A stretch of 63,922 bases of DNA, filler included, from Nanobdellota archaeon (GTDB taxonomy: Archaea > Nanobdellota > Nanobdellia > Woesearchaeales > CAZZGN01), in assembly GCA_051819665.1 (NCBI GenBank). It is 3 parts of 3 records of this genome, joined end to end, with 100 filler letters (N's around TTAATTAATTAA, not from the genome) between each part and the next. Parts side by side here need not be neighbours in the genome. Positions count along the whole stretch, not along the records: positions 24,576 to 44,651 come from JBNJDG010000015.1; 2 more parts are not named here. One strand, written 5' to 3'. This document shows, piece by piece, positions 30,060 to 40,172 of the stretch (position 1 is the first letter of the stretch; each line of letters opens with the position of its first letter). The position numbers and the translations under genes are program-made. The notes under the pieces were generated by a model. It made no database searches and was not told the DNA's origin. It saw only the letters and a program-made list of their open reading frames with translations.

Positions 30060-30224
30060 GGAACCCTCCCCGGGAAAAAAGAGGTGATTGGTATTACTAC
30101 TACAGGGAAGAAAACTTATATTTAAATCTTTCGATTCTATTAGTATATTTGAGTAGTGACAAATACAATGTTGAAATTATACGAAATATTTATAACCTTC
30201 TGGTAATGAGGTTTTCTATAAACA

Positions 30225-31781
30225 ATGAGCATGAGTCTATCTTTCAAGGTTGTATCGGGAATGATCCTGATAGTTCTTATTCTTACATCTTTGCTTTCCT
30301 ATTTCACAGTGGATAGTTATCAGGAGGCTCTGGAACAGGCTTACATAAAGAAGGCTGAATCTCTGGCTTTCTCTTTGGATGCTACTATAAGGAAGGATTT
30401 TGGGGATTATCCGGAAGGTGCTCTCAAAGATATAATACAAGAGAATATGAGGTTAAATCCAGATCTTAAGTCTATAGATATCAATCGCTATGATAATGGT
30501 CTGAAAACCATTGTTTCTTCTGATCTTTCCCGGACAGAGACTATCCCGGATTATAAAAATTATGAGTCTTACAGAGAGGGTTCGACGCTTAGTTTCAGGG
30601 TAAATGATACTATAAGGGTTATAACTCCTTTGTATATGTGGGGTGAAAAGAAAGGAACATTACTGGTGGATTATGGAACGGAAACCATAAAAGAGAAAGT
30701 CCAGAGCCATTTGAGAAATGTACTAACCCTGTTTTTGTTTGTCGTATTGATCTCCGGAATTCTATCCTTTTATCTTCTGGACAGGAACATCCTGAGACCC
30801 CTCTCTGAGCTCAATAAGGCAACCTATCTTTTGGAGCAGGGATATTATGGATATTCAGTTGGGATAGATAAGGGAAATGAGATCGGTGAGCTTGCACGTT
30901 CTTTCAACAGGTTGAGTGATGAACTTAATAGTTCAAAAACGAAAATGAGGGATTATGCCAATAACCTGCAGATAAAAGTTGATGAGAAGACAGAGGGTCT
31001 GAGGAACAAAGTCCAGGAATTGAAAAAGAGTAAGGCCGCTATCCTTAAGGTGATGAGCAGGTTGAGAAAATCCCTTGATGAACAGAAAAGGCTGGAAAAA
31101 GTGAAGTCACAGTTCCTCAGTGTGACTTCCCATGAACTTAGGACTCCTATAACACCTATGAAAGCACAGATCCAGATGCTTATGGAAGGGTTTATGGGAA
31201 AAGTTAATGGTGAACAGCAGGATAGTCTGAAGATGGTCCTTGAGAATACAGAGAGGCTCGATAGATTAATAGAGGATATACTTGATCTTTCGAAACTCGA
31301 TTCAGGAAATATGAAATTCTATTATGGGGATCATAATCTGAATAAATTGACGAAGGAAGCTGTTGAGACCATGAGGCTTAAGGCGGAGAAGAAGGGTGTC
31401 AGGATAAATCTTAAGAACCAGACGGTCAGGAAGATGAGGGTGGATAAACAAAGATTTACACAAGTGCTCTTTAATCTTATAAATAATGCGATCAAATTTA
31501 CTGATAAAGGAAAAAATATTGATGTGTCTGTGAATAGATCGAAAGAAGGTGTTCTTGTACAGGTTAAGGATGAAGGGATAGGAATAAAGAAGAAGGATCT
31601 GAATAGGATCTTTAAGGCTTTTGAACAGGTGGATGCAAGCAGGTCGAGAAATTATGAGGGCACAGGCTTGGGACTTGCGATATGCAAGTCTATAATTAGT
31701 AATATGAAGGGAAGGATGGGAGTTGAAAGTGAATCCGGTAAAGGTTCGAACTTCTGGTTTTTCCTTCCTTATGGAGGTTGA
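30225..31781 (+). CDS. Membrane sensor histidine kinase (HAMP-HisKA-HATPase)
   Basis: 2 TM; NEIGELARSFN; SHELRTP, NAIKF, D.G.GI and GTGLGL. Confidence 0.93.
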   Translation: MSMSLSFKVVSGMILIVLILTSLLSYFTVDSYQEALEQAYIKKAESLAFSLDATIRKDFGDYPEGALKDIIQENMRLNPDLKSIDINRYDNGLKTIVSSDLSRTETIPDYKNYESYREGSTLSFRVNDTIRVITPLYMWGEKKGTLLVDYGTETIKEKVQSHLRNVLTLFLFVVLISGILSFYLLDRNILRPLSELNKATYLLEQGYYGYSVGIDKGNEIGELARSFNRLSDELNSSKTKMRDYANNLQIKVDEKTEGLRNKVQELKKSKAAILKVMSRLRKSLDEQKRLEKVKSQFLSVTSHELRTPITPMKAQIQMLMEGFMGKVNGEQQDSLKMVLENTERLDRLIEDILDLSKLDSGNMKFYYGDHNLNKLTKEAVETMRLKAEKKGVRINLKNQTVRKMRVDKQRFTQVLFNLINNAIKFTDKGKNIDVSVNRSKEGVLVQVKDEGIGIKKKDLNRIFKAFEQVDASRSRNYEGTGLGLAICKSIISNMKGRMGVESESGKGSNFWFFLPYGG

Positions 31782-31785
31782 TAGA

Positions 31786-32142
31786 ATGGGAAAGATAATG
31801 GTAGTTGATGACAGTGAGGATATAAGGAAATCGCTTGTGATGATAATGCAGAAGAAGGGTCATGAGACATATGAAGCAGAATCCGGAAATGAGCTGGTTG
31901 AAAAATTTGATAAGATACAGCCGGATCTTGTCCTTCTTGATGTCATGATGCCCGGATATTCACTTGATGAGACTCTGGGTAAGCTAGAAGGAAAGGATAC
32001 TAAAATAATTCTTGTGACTGTTGTGAGGTTCATGAAGGAAGAGAAGGATGATATCATGAAGAATCCCCTTGTAGTAGATTATGTAACAAAACCTTTCGAT
32101 CTAATGGATGTGGTCAAGAGAGTTAATAATGCACTTGGGTAA
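31786..32142 (+). CDS. Stand-alone response regulator receiver
   Basis: VVDD, LLDVMMPG, VT and KPF. Confidence 0.92.
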   Translation: MGKIMVVDDSEDIRKSLVMIMQKKGHETYEAESGNELVEKFDKIQPDLVLLDVMMPGYSLDETLGKLEGKDTKIILVTVVRFMKEEKDDIMKNPLVVDYVTKPFDLMDVVKRVNNALG

Positions 32143-32144
32143 AA

Positions 32145-33335
32145 ATGGGTTCAGATCATTCCGGAAGTATAGTTGCCGCTCTAGAGAGGCATTTTGGTCC
32201 TTATCTTTCCATGATACTTGTTACTGAAGAACTTCATGATAAAAAGTATGATACCCGTTTCCTGTCAAGGTTCTTTGAAGAGTATATCTCTGATTTTATC
32301 AAGCCAGATTACAGGGACCGGGAGAAGAAGAGGTTCATATCCGGGACAGTAAGAGGGGAGATCCCTACTGGGTTATCCTTCAGGGAATCGCCAAAGAAGG
32401 TCCTGGCTGATTATTTTGATGAAAGATTCGGTATTATGGGCCAGAAGTTCCTTAAGATGAAGTTGAGGAAATTTGGGTTGAAAAATCTTGATATGGCGCA
32501 TCCTTCGAATATACCTACCTTGGTCTTCATGATACTCAAGAGTGCTTTCTCGTCATATTTCAAGGAGTCGTATTTCAGGGACAGAGCGAAAGAGGTCTTC
32601 CGGCGGATCTATGGTGAGGATGGTGATTTCTTTTCGACCATGCTTCTGAATCTTCAGCCTGAGATAAGAAAATATCTATCGATGATATTCAATGATTCCA
32701 TTGCTGGGATAATTATAGAGAAGAAACTTGCCTCTGAGGGAATCAAGAACCTCTTTATGGAGTCTATGGGTTCACAACTGAAGTTCTTTAGCCGGCTGAT
32801 AGACTATATATTTTTGGAGAGTATCTCCGAGGAAAGGATAGTGGATATAAAAATGCAGTTCATCCTGTTCATTAATATGGATCTTGAGAATAAGAAAAGG
32901 TTTTATTCAGAGAATCTCTATGATTTCAGGCAATTAGGTGAAAGTTCTTATTTTTATCAGGTAAGTCTTGAAAAGTTAGGGGTAATGGATATGTCTAAAG
33001 ACCTCTCTGGAGAAAAAAAGAAGGAATTGAAAGAGGATATCGATTCTAAGCCTCTTGATGTTGTTATCAAAAGCAGAGAAAGTAAGATTGGCAAAATCAA
33101 GCATGAAGAACTAAGGCAGGTTTTTCTGGATCATTTCGGTCCGGAGAATGCGATGTCTATTATGGATCAGGTTATTTCACGGGCAGGTCTGTCCTCACTT
33201 GACGGAACGACGTCTTCTGAGAGGAGGAGATTTGTCGAGGTTGCTCTGAGGGATTTCTTCGGGAAATACATGAGCCCGCAGAGAAGAAAACAGACAGAAG
33301 GAAAATTAAAAACAATAATGGGGTTTACTCGTTAA
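32145..33335 (+). CDS. Hypothetical protein with repeated helical 'FG' modules
   Basis: RHFGP, ERFGI and DHFGP modules; 2 nt after the REC gene. Confidence 0.7.
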   Translation: MGSDHSGSIVAALERHFGPYLSMILVTEELHDKKYDTRFLSRFFEEYISDFIKPDYRDREKKRFISGTVRGEIPTGLSFRESPKKVLADYFDERFGIMGQKFLKMKLRKFGLKNLDMAHPSNIPTLVFMILKSAFSSYFKESYFRDRAKEVFRRIYGEDGDFFSTMLLNLQPEIRKYLSMIFNDSIAGIIIEKKLASEGIKNLFMESMGSQLKFFSRLIDYIFLESISEERIVDIKMQFILFINMDLENKKRFYSENLYDFRQLGESSYFYQVSLEKLGVMDMSKDLSGEKKKELKEDIDSKPLDVVIKSRESKIGKIKHEELRQVFLDHFGPENAMSIMDQVISRAGLSSLDGTTSSERRRFVEVALRDFFGKYMSPQRRKQTEGKLKTIMGFTR

Positions 33336-33756
33336 CTCCCACTACTTTAAGTTTGAAGTTCAGGGTCTTTCCTGCAAGAGGATGATTTACATCGATAGTT
33401 ACCTCCTGCTCTCCAACCTCAACTACTTTTGCAGGCAGCTGCGCTCCGTTCGGAAGGCCGACCATGAGTGCCATGCCCTCTTTGACTTCCTGGTCCTGAG
33501 GCATCTTGTCTTTCGGGACTTTCTGGATCATCTGGTCTTTCCTCTCGCCGTAAGCTTTGTCCGGAGTGAGCTTGATCTCTTTCTCCTGGTCCTTTTCCAT
33601 GCCTTTTACAGCTTCTTCAAATCCGGGGATTATCTCTCCTTTGCCTACCTCGAATTCGAGGGGCTTTCCCTGTTTCTCTGAACTGTCAAAGACTGAACCA
33701 TCTTCCAGCGTACCTGTGTATTCGACTTTTATTTTATCTCCATCTTTAATTGGCAT
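33325..33756 (-). CDS. FKBP-type peptidyl-prolyl isomerase (SlyD-like)
   Basis: YTGTLEDGSVFDSS, IPGFEEA and NHPLAGKTL. Confidence 0.93.
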   Translation of the reverse strand: MPIKDGDKIKVEYTGTLEDGSVFDSSEKQGKPLEFEVGKGEIIPGFEEAVKGMEKDQEKEIKLTPDKAYGERKDQMIQKVPKDKMPQDQEVKEGMALMVGLPNGAQLPAKVVEVGEQEVTIDVNHPLAGKTLNFKLKVVGVNE

Positions 33757-33844
33757 ATTATCAACTCCTTCATCCCAGGTTTATTTAATTATTTTTAAGG
33801 TTTTTGGGTGATTTATTGGAAAATTTGCTTGAGTAAATTAACAT

Positions 33845-34579
33845 CTATGACAGAGCTGCCTGAAATCTCCTTAGTTTCTTCTTGCTCTCGATGAAGACAA
33901 GGTCCTTCAAGTCAATAAGCTGGGCATCGTCATAGCCATCTATCATTATCCCTTTCCTGCCCTTGTAGCTGTTGGCGATCCTTTTCTTGTCAAAACCATC
34001 CTTTATATTTATCTTATAGCCGGAGATCCTGTTGTCTTTCACCCTGAACTCGTTCGCTATGAACTCGTCCACATCAAGGATATCTTTTATGGGGGAATTG
34101 TCGATGATGAAACTTTCTGTTAGTGCGATAACCTTTATATTAGGATTTTTTCTCCTTATTTTCCTGTAGGTCTTCATGATCTTCCTGTAAGGTTCTATAT
34201 GTTTCTTCTTTATCCTGTAATCTTCGGGTCTTATCCCAAGGCAGGTTATGGTTCCCGCCCATCTGTATATCATGCTCTTGCAGCTTATCAAGCTATCTTT
34301 ACTGAGGAATCTGTTGACAATGTTCCTGTAAAGATTGGTAAGATGAAGTCTTATGCCCAATGATAAGAGCTTAAGTACAGTCCCTGTATATCTTTTCCTT
34401 ATCCTCAGGGAAGGGCTCTTTAATATCTCAAGGAAAACCTTTCTTGTTGTGCACAGGCTTTTGCATGTGTATTCTTTCCCGAACAGCCTGTATAGGTATA
34501 TCAGGAAGAGCTGGTTTGCGGAAGCTACGGTCTGGTGATATACAAAGTTATCATCTATGTCGATGAAGAGCAGATCCAT
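33845..34579 (-). CDS. Divergent HAD-superfamily protein
   Basis: FIDIDD, IANEF..KD..ISG and DGYDD. Confidence 0.55.
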   Translation of the reverse strand: MDLLFIDIDDNFVYHQTVASANQLFLIYLYRLFGKEYTCKSLCTTRKVFLEILKSPSLRIRKRYTGTVLKLLSLGIRLHLTNLYRNIVNRFLSKDSLISCKSMIYRWAGTITCLGIRPEDYRIKKKHIEPYRKIMKTYRKIRRKNPNIKVIALTESFIIDNSPIKDILDVDEFIANEFRVKDNRISGYKINIKDGFDKKRIANSYKGRKGIMIDGYDDAQLIDLKDLVFIESKKKLRRFQAALS

Positions 34580-34749
34580 GTTAAAATAATCTGTATTCTT
34601 ATTATTTTTATGTTTTACTGCAATTATTCCATCCGTATGGGCTTATACATAAGAGATTTTATTATATCTCCTGATTATTCCGTCGCTGAAGGAGATTTTT
34701 CGTTCTTTATCTGGAAAGACAGATAAAATAACTGTTTTATTTTTTTCTC

Positions 34750-35634
34750 ATGAGATTTGTCATTTTGTTTATCTTAGTAATCCCTTTTTTACTGCTTGCA
34801 TTTTCCGGCCCTGCAGAGATACCTATAAGTGAGGGTAATATATCTGTACATTTCTGTCCACAGGAGAATTGCACTTCATTATTCAGTGGGTTTATAGATA
34901 ACAGGACGAAGTGTGCCTTCTATGACCTTGAATTCAATTTTTCACCTGCTGATATAATCATGGATGAGGGAAACGCTCATGGGAATGTTACAAAGGTAAG
35001 TTCGGGAGGCATAATGCATAATAAGTTCTGTGTAAAAGGAGACAGGGTCATAACAGGCTCGTTCAATCCTACCGAGAACGGAGAGACAGAGAATGACAAT
35101 AACGTATTGGTGATAAATTCGGAAAGCATCGCTTCTAATTACAGAGAGTATCATTCATATCTGGAGTCGGAAGAGGGTTTCAGCAGGGAACACCATGTGA
35201 TGCTAAACAATACCCATGTCTATAATTATTTCTGTCCCATGGATGACTGTGAGGAGAAAGTATCCTTCTTTATAGATAATGCCAGAGAGTCCGTATATTT
35301 CATGACATTCTCTTTCACTTCAAATCACATAGCCAACAGGCTCATAATTAAGGAGTATGGAGGTCTTGATGTGAAGGGTGTGATGGAAAGCTCACAGATA
35401 TCGAGGTATAGTGTCTATGATATGCTGAAGAAACATGATATAGATGTCAGGAAAGATGATAACCCTTCAATGATGCATCATAAGGTCTTCATAATAGACA
35501 ACAGGACGGTCATAACAGGCTCTTATAATCCTACAGAGAGCGGCACTGAGAGGAATGATGAGAATATCCTGATCATCGAGAACAAGAGGATAGCGGATGC
35601 TTATCTGGATGAGTTTATCCGGATTTATAAATGA
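34750..35634 (+). CDS. Exported phospholipase D/nuclease family protein
   Basis: Two HxK motifs: MHNKF..ITGSFN and MHHKVFIID..TGSYN. Confidence 0.88.
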   Translation: MRFVILFILVIPFLLLAFSGPAEIPISEGNISVHFCPQENCTSLFSGFIDNRTKCAFYDLEFNFSPADIIMDEGNAHGNVTKVSSGGIMHNKFCVKGDRVITGSFNPTENGETENDNNVLVINSESIASNYREYHSYLESEEGFSREHHVMLNNTHVYNYFCPMDDCEEKVSFFIDNARESVYFMTFSFTSNHIANRLIIKEYGGLDVKGVMESSQISRYSVYDMLKKHDIDVRKDDNPSMMHHKVFIIDNRTVITGSYNPTESGTERNDENILIIENKRIADAYLDEFIRIYK

Positions 35635-35682
35635 ATTAAGCAAAACATTTATAAACAAAAACAGTTTCCTCACCCCCATTAC

Positions 35683-36072
35683 ATGGAGGGAATAATACTA
35701 GACACAAATTTTTTGATGATACCTGTCACCCAGAATGTAGATGTCTTTACAGAGCTGGGTCGTGTCTGTGATTTTCCCTACAAGTTGTATATCGTTGACA
35801 AATCCCTTGATGAGCTTGATAAGATTGCAGAGACGGACAAGAAAGCTCATATGAGAAGGTCTGCCTCCCTCGCCAGACAGGTGATGGAAAGGCAGGAGAT
35901 AGAGGTCATAGAGACTTCAGAGAGAGGATATGTCGATGATATAATCGTCAATAAGGCTCTTGAGAAAGGCTACAGAGTAGCAACACAGGACAAGGGTCTC
36001 AAGAGGAAGCTTAAGCAGAAAGGAATCCCGATCATATATTTAAGGCAAAAAAATTATCTCGTGGTGGAATAA
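35683..36072 (+). CDS. PIN domain ribonuclease (Fcf1/Utp24-like)
   Basis: ILDTNFL, VDD and VATQD; upstream of rpoE'. Confidence 0.88.
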   Translation: MEGIILDTNFLMIPVTQNVDVFTELGRVCDFPYKLYIVDKSLDELDKIAETDKKAHMRRSASLARQVMERQEIEVIETSERGYVDDIIVNKALEKGYRVATQDKGLKRKLKQKGIPIIYLRQKNYLVVE

Positions 36073-36618
36073 ATGTTTTATAAGGTAAAATTGAGCGATC
36101 ATATCCGTGTACCTCCCAATCTGTTCGACATGGATATCAAGGATGCAATAGTAAAGAGGATCAAGAGGAAGTATAGCGGTTATATATCTAAGGATCTCGG
36201 GATGGTCATTGATGTGTCCCAGGTCGATGATATGGAAGAAGGGATAATAATCCCTGGTGACGGCGCTTCTTATTATGAGACCACATTCGAAGTGCTTGTT
36301 TACAGGCCTGAGCTCCAGGAAGTTGTGCTCGGGAAGATAAAGGATATAGCCGATTTCGGTGCATTCATATCTCTCGGTCCTATTGAGGGAATGATACATA
36401 TCTCACAGTCAATGGATGATTTTGTGTCCTTCAGCAAGGATAAGGTGCTCACAGGAAAGGAGGGCAAGAGATCCCTGAAGATGGAGGACCTTTGCAGGGC
36501 CAGGATCATCGCGGTAAGTTATAAGGATCTGAGCAACCCTAAGCTCGGGCTGACGATGAGGCAGCCGAGGATGGGCAAGCTCGAATGGCTAGAGGAGGAT
36601 AATAATGCCAAAGCTTAA
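36073..36618 (+). CDS. rpoE1: RNA polymerase subunit E' (Rpo7)
   Basis: IIPGDGA, FGAFI.LGP.EG..HISQ and LTMRQP..GK.EW. Confidence 0.95.
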   Translation: MFYKVKLSDHIRVPPNLFDMDIKDAIVKRIKRKYSGYISKDLGMVIDVSQVDDMEEGIIIPGDGASYYETTFEVLVYRPELQEVVLGKIKDIADFGAFISLGPIEGMIHISQSMDDFVSFSKDKVLTGKEGKRSLKMEDLCRARIIAVSYKDLSNPKLGLTMRQPRMGKLEWLEEDNNAKA

Positions 36619-36793
36619 GGCAAGCAGGGAGACGAAGATGCTTGTTGAAGGGAATGAAGACCCTTTGACAGGCAGTAAGGACCTTTCCACCAACTGGAAC
36701 GGAAGGGTGATAGTGCTTGACCCTAACAAGTCTATGATCGCCAATGAGATGGGATTCAAGGCTAAAGGGGAATACGCGATAAAGGTAAGATAA
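36605..36793 (+). CDS. spt4: Transcription elongation factor Spt4 (RpoE'')
   Basis: LS.NW.G.VIVLDP.KS.IA...G.YAIKVR; operon position. Confidence 0.9.
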   Translation: MPKLKASRETKMLVEGNEDPLTGSKDLSTNWNGRVIVLDPNKSMIANEMGFKAKGEYAIKVR

Positions 36794-36795
36794 TC

Positions 36796-37098
36796 ATGAA
36801 AGTAAAGATAGTAGAGAAACAGGAACAGCCTTTGCTCAGCAGGACTGAGTTGAAGGCAGAAGTCGAGTTTGATAAGGAGATTCCATCAAGGCAGTTCATG
36901 AGAGAACAGGTCGCTAAAGCTGTGAAAGGAAACCAGGAGATGATCATCATAGAGAGGATCGTCTCTAAGTTCAGCAGCAGAAAAGCTGATGTTTTCGCTC
37001 ATGTATATAAGGACAAGGCAAAGATGGAGAAATTCGTTAGGGATTACATGAAGAAGAGACATGTTGTAGAGGAGAAGAAGGAAAATGGCGAACAATAA
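36796..37098 (+). CDS. rps24e: 30S ribosomal protein S24e
   Basis: PLLSRTE, PSR and AHVY. Confidence 0.88.
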   Translation: MKVKIVEKQEQPLLSRTELKAEVEFDKEIPSRQFMREQVAKAVKGNQEMIIIERIVSKFSSRKADVFAHVYKDKAKMEKFVRDYMKKRHVVEEKKENGEQ

Positions 37099-37243
37099 AT
37101 TATCTGACATTTACGAGAAGGATGGAGAGAGCATAAAGAGAAAGAACAAGACCTGTCCTAAATGTGGTGAAGGTACATTCATGGCAGCTCATAAGGACAG
37201 GACTACATGTGGTAAATGCGGTTATACTGAGTTCAATAAATAA
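37085..37243 (+). CDS. rps27ae: 30S ribosomal protein S27ae (52 aa, not in ORF track)
   Basis: [33 protein letters not shown]. Confidence 0.93.
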   Translation: MANNKLSDIYEKDGESIKRKNKTCPKCGEGTFMAAHKDRTTCGKCGYTEFNK

Positions 37244-37397
37244 TTCTTTATTCTTCTATATTACTTTTTTTGGAAAAATTTATTCTTTACATGATCATAT
37301 TAAAGCTCATCTGTTCATAAGATAGTTTCGGATAGTAATTTTTATATATGTTAAATATGGGTGAATAGAAATAAAATGAGGCTTAAAGCCTGAAAAA

Positions 37398-38255
37398 TCA
37401 ATCTTTCTTCTTCTGGAAAACGAGGAGATCTTCCGTAGTGAGTTTCTTACCCTGTTTGATCTTGTCTTCTACTGCTTCTCCCTTGTCCTTGAGGTATTTC
37501 TCCTCTTTCTTTTTCTTATCCTGGGCTGCTTTCTGTTTCTCAGTAGAGACTTCCTCGTTAATCTTTGACAGTTCTCCCAGCTTCCCTTTCAGTTCTTTAT
37601 TGGCTTCGGTGAACTGTTTCTTGAACTCGAGGAAGCGGTTGAAACAGTCTTCTTCCTTCTTCTTCAGTTCATCGATCTGTTCAGAGATCTTGAGCATCTC
37701 TTCGTGCTTCTTCTGGGATTCGTTAGCTTCTTCGGTAATTTTCTTGTGAAGTTGGTTGGCTTCTTTCTTCAGCTTATCAATCTCTTTTGAGGTAGAGTTG
37801 ATCTTGCCTCCGATATTGCCGGAATTTTCTGCTTCCCTGAGTTTCTTCTTGAGCTCGTTGATCTTCTTCATGGTCTTCTGTTCTCTGCTGAAAGACATAC
37901 CCTGAGTTTCAATGCTGAACTCCATCTTTTCGATGTCTTTCTTGAGCTTCACCGGATCCACATCAGGAGCAGAAGAACTATCCTTCTCTTCCTTGTATTT
38001 CTTGACCTCTGCAATCTTATCGTTGATCTCTTTGTTAAGTTTCTCCCTTTTCTCTTTGTTCTTCTTGACGCTTTCAGTATAGGAGTTCCTTTCCTTCTTC
38101 AGTTTCTTAACCTGTTCGATAAGCTCAGAGATCTTGGATTGTATTTCTTCTTTCTCCTTGAAATACTTCTCCTTCTCTGTATCCAGCTCATTAAGCTTCT
38201 CTTTGAGCTCAGAGACTTCGGATTTCTTTTCTTTGAGTTCTTTTTTTTCTGTCAT
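37398..38255 (-). CDS. Archaeal coiled-coil protein (COG1340-like)
   Basis: K/E heptads, MEFSIET and GKKLTTEDL tail. Confidence 0.8.
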   Translation of the reverse strand: MTEKKELKEKKSEVSELKEKLNELDTEKEKYFKEKEEIQSKISELIEQVKKLKKERNSYTESVKKNKEKREKLNKEINDKIAEVKKYKEEKDSSSAPDVDPVKLKKDIEKMEFSIETQGMSFSREQKTMKKINELKKKLREAENSGNIGGKINSTSKEIDKLKKEANQLHKKITEEANESQKKHEEMLKISEQIDELKKKEEDCFNRFLEFKKQFTEANKELKGKLGELSKINEEVSTEKQKAAQDKKKKEEKYLKDKGEAVEDKIKQGKKLTTEDLLVFQKKKD

Positions 38256-38286
38256 TTAACTTCACTTAGAAAATTAATAAAAAAAA

Positions 38287-38610
38287 TTAACCGAAAAGAG
38301 CACCAAGACCTGCAGCAGCCTCTTCGTCGCTCTTCTTGTCATCTTCTTCCTTCTTCTCTTCTTTTTCTTCTTTCTTTTCTTCTCCGGAAGAAGATTCTTC
38401 TGCGGCTGGTGCCGCTGGAGCGGCTGCTGGTACTGCCTGTGCCTTCTCGATTGCTTCTTCGATGTTGACTCCGTCTAGAGCAGCAACTAGAGCTTTAACT
38501 CTGGCTTCGTCAACTTTAACGTTAGCAGCTTCAAGTACTTTCTTCACTGATTCTTCTTCGATCTTTTGTCCGGCTTTGTGTAAAAGCATTGCAGCATAGA
38601 TGTATTCCAT
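38287..38610 (-). CDS. rpl12: 50S ribosomal protein L12 (aP1)
   Basis: [11 protein letters not shown]...[10 protein letters not shown]. Confidence 0.97.
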   Translation of the reverse strand: MEYIYAAMLLHKAGQKIEEESVKKVLEAANVKVDEARVKALVAALDGVNIEEAIEKAQAVPAAAPAAPAAEESSSGEEKKEEKEEKKEEDDKKSDEEAAAGLGALFG

Positions 38611-38634
38611 TTTATTGACCTCCTTTATCGTGAG

Positions 38635-39519
38635 TTACTCCTTTGGAGCCTCCTCTCCCTGCTTAGCAGGTTCTGTGTCTAATTTTGAATCTAGGCTCTT
38701 GGCCTGTGCCTCTGCTTTTGCAAGTACATCTGAAGCGGTCTCGTCAGTGAGGATATTCTCCTCGAGAGCAAGACCTTTAGCTTCATTAAAGGATTTGCTG
38801 ATAAGCATCGGCAATGTTTCCTGGTTCGGAATCCCTGCTTCCATCGCAAGATTGAAGCTCTTTCTGGCACAATCCTGAATGTTCTGCATGAATTCTTCCT
38901 CGTCAATATCGAGTATTGATTTGGTGAATATTGTCCCTTCTTCATACGTTGCTGTAAGATCCAGCCCGATCTCCATCGGCTCTATTCCCAGCCTTGAAAG
39001 GAGCTCTGCTGTTTTTCCATCGATTTCCTGTCCTTCTTTCACTGCGACAGCATCTTCTTTTATTACAACTTTTCCTCCTTCGATACCTGCCTTTACACCG
39101 ATGGAGCTCAGCTCCCCGATGATCGGACCGGGAGCGAAGGAAGTAGGTCCTGCACTGACAACTATGTCATTAGGAGCTGTCTGCCCTGCTTTAGCAGGTG
39201 CTGTGGACTTGCTCTTCTTCAGGGTCTTGAAAAGCTTGAAAGGGTTCTCTTCAGTGAAGATCAGAGCGGGCATACCTGTCATGTGCTTTTCCAGCTCTTT
39301 GATGCCTTTCTTTTTCTTTTCAGCTTCGTCGAGAGCTATGCTGATCAGTCTCTTCTTGGACATGATTATCTTTACTTTGTCCCTCAGTTGCTCTCTCATC
39401 TTCTGCAGCTGTGGGGTTGGCATGTTCTCCATGTTAACAGTACCAATGATAGGGTTCTCTTCCATCAGCTTTACGAGAGACTCTACAACTTTCTTTTTTG
39501 CTGGAGGTACCTTGCTCAT
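38635..39519 (-). CDS. rpl10: 50S ribosomal protein L10 (aP0)
   Basis: QLQKMR, APAKAGQ.AP and LGIEPMEIGL. Confidence 0.95.
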   Translation of the reverse strand: MSKVPPAKKKVVESLVKLMEENPIIGTVNMENMPTPQLQKMREQLRDKVKIIMSKKRLISIALDEAEKKKKGIKELEKHMTGMPALIFTEENPFKLFKTLKKSKSTAPAKAGQTAPNDIVVSAGPTSFAPGPIIGELSSIGVKAGIEGGKVVIKEDAVAVKEGQEIDGKTAELLSRLGIEPMEIGLDLTATYEEGTIFTKSILDIDEEEFMQNIQDCARKSFNLAMEAGIPNQETLPMLISKSFNEAKGLALEENILTDETASDVLAKAEAQAKSLDSKLDTEPAKQGEEAPKE

Positions 39520-40166
39520 TTTTCGACCCTCACTGGTTTTCCCATAGTTGTCTTTATAGTGACAGACCTTATATTGTTCTCTTCTTTCGGAAGATGATGT
39601 ATAAGGTTATTATAAGCGGAAGCTATATTCTCTGCGATATCCTCATCCTTCATGTCTTCTTTGCCTGCAGAGATCTGTACTACCGGCTTCGTCTTCGCCT
39701 GTAATCTCACTGTATATTGCAGTTTATCGTAGAGAGGCTTCAGGTTGGCTTTTGGAGGGACTACACATCCTGCTTTAGGATTGGGCATCTTTCCTCTCGG
39801 ACCGAGCACTCTACCGAATGCCTTAGCCACCTTGGACATGATGTTCGCCTGAGCTATGAAAAAATCATATTCTGATGCAAGCTTCTTCACATCGTTCTTT
39901 TCAAGTTTCTCGAACTGATCATTGTCAATAACATGGTCACATACTTCTTTTGCGCTTTCTTTCAGTTCAGCGCCTACAAAAGCGCATACTTTGGAATTCT
40001 TCCCTTTCGATTTCGGGAGCTGCATGAAGAAGTCGACCTGTTCTTCGGGTTTCTTAAGGTTAAGATTCTTCAGACTGACGACCAAGTCAAATGTCTGAGA
40101 GAAATTCCTTTTCTTAGAGCTTTCCCTTGCCTTTTTTACAAATTCTAGTATTTTCTCTTTATCCAT
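39516..40166 (-). CDS. rpl1: 50S ribosomal protein L1
   Basis: KRNFSQTFDL, LGPRGKMP and KTTMG; SD GGAGG before ATG 40166. Confidence 0.95.
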   Translation of the reverse strand: MDKEKILEFVKKARESSKKRNFSQTFDLVVSLKNLNLKKPEEQVDFFMQLPKSKGKNSKVCAFVGAELKESAKEVCDHVIDNDQFEKLEKNDVKKLASEYDFFIAQANIMSKVAKAFGRVLGPRGKMPNPKAGCVVPPKANLKPLYDKLQYTVRLQAKTKPVVQISAGKEDMKDEDIAENIASAYNNLIHHLPKEENNIRSVTIKTTMGKPVRVEK

Positions 40167-40172
40167 TCTTTG

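Noticed and set aside
34750..36072. PLD nuclease plus PIN as a defence module
   Set aside because: The PIN gene is the usual rpoE' operon member with its own TATA, and the PLD has a signal peptide.
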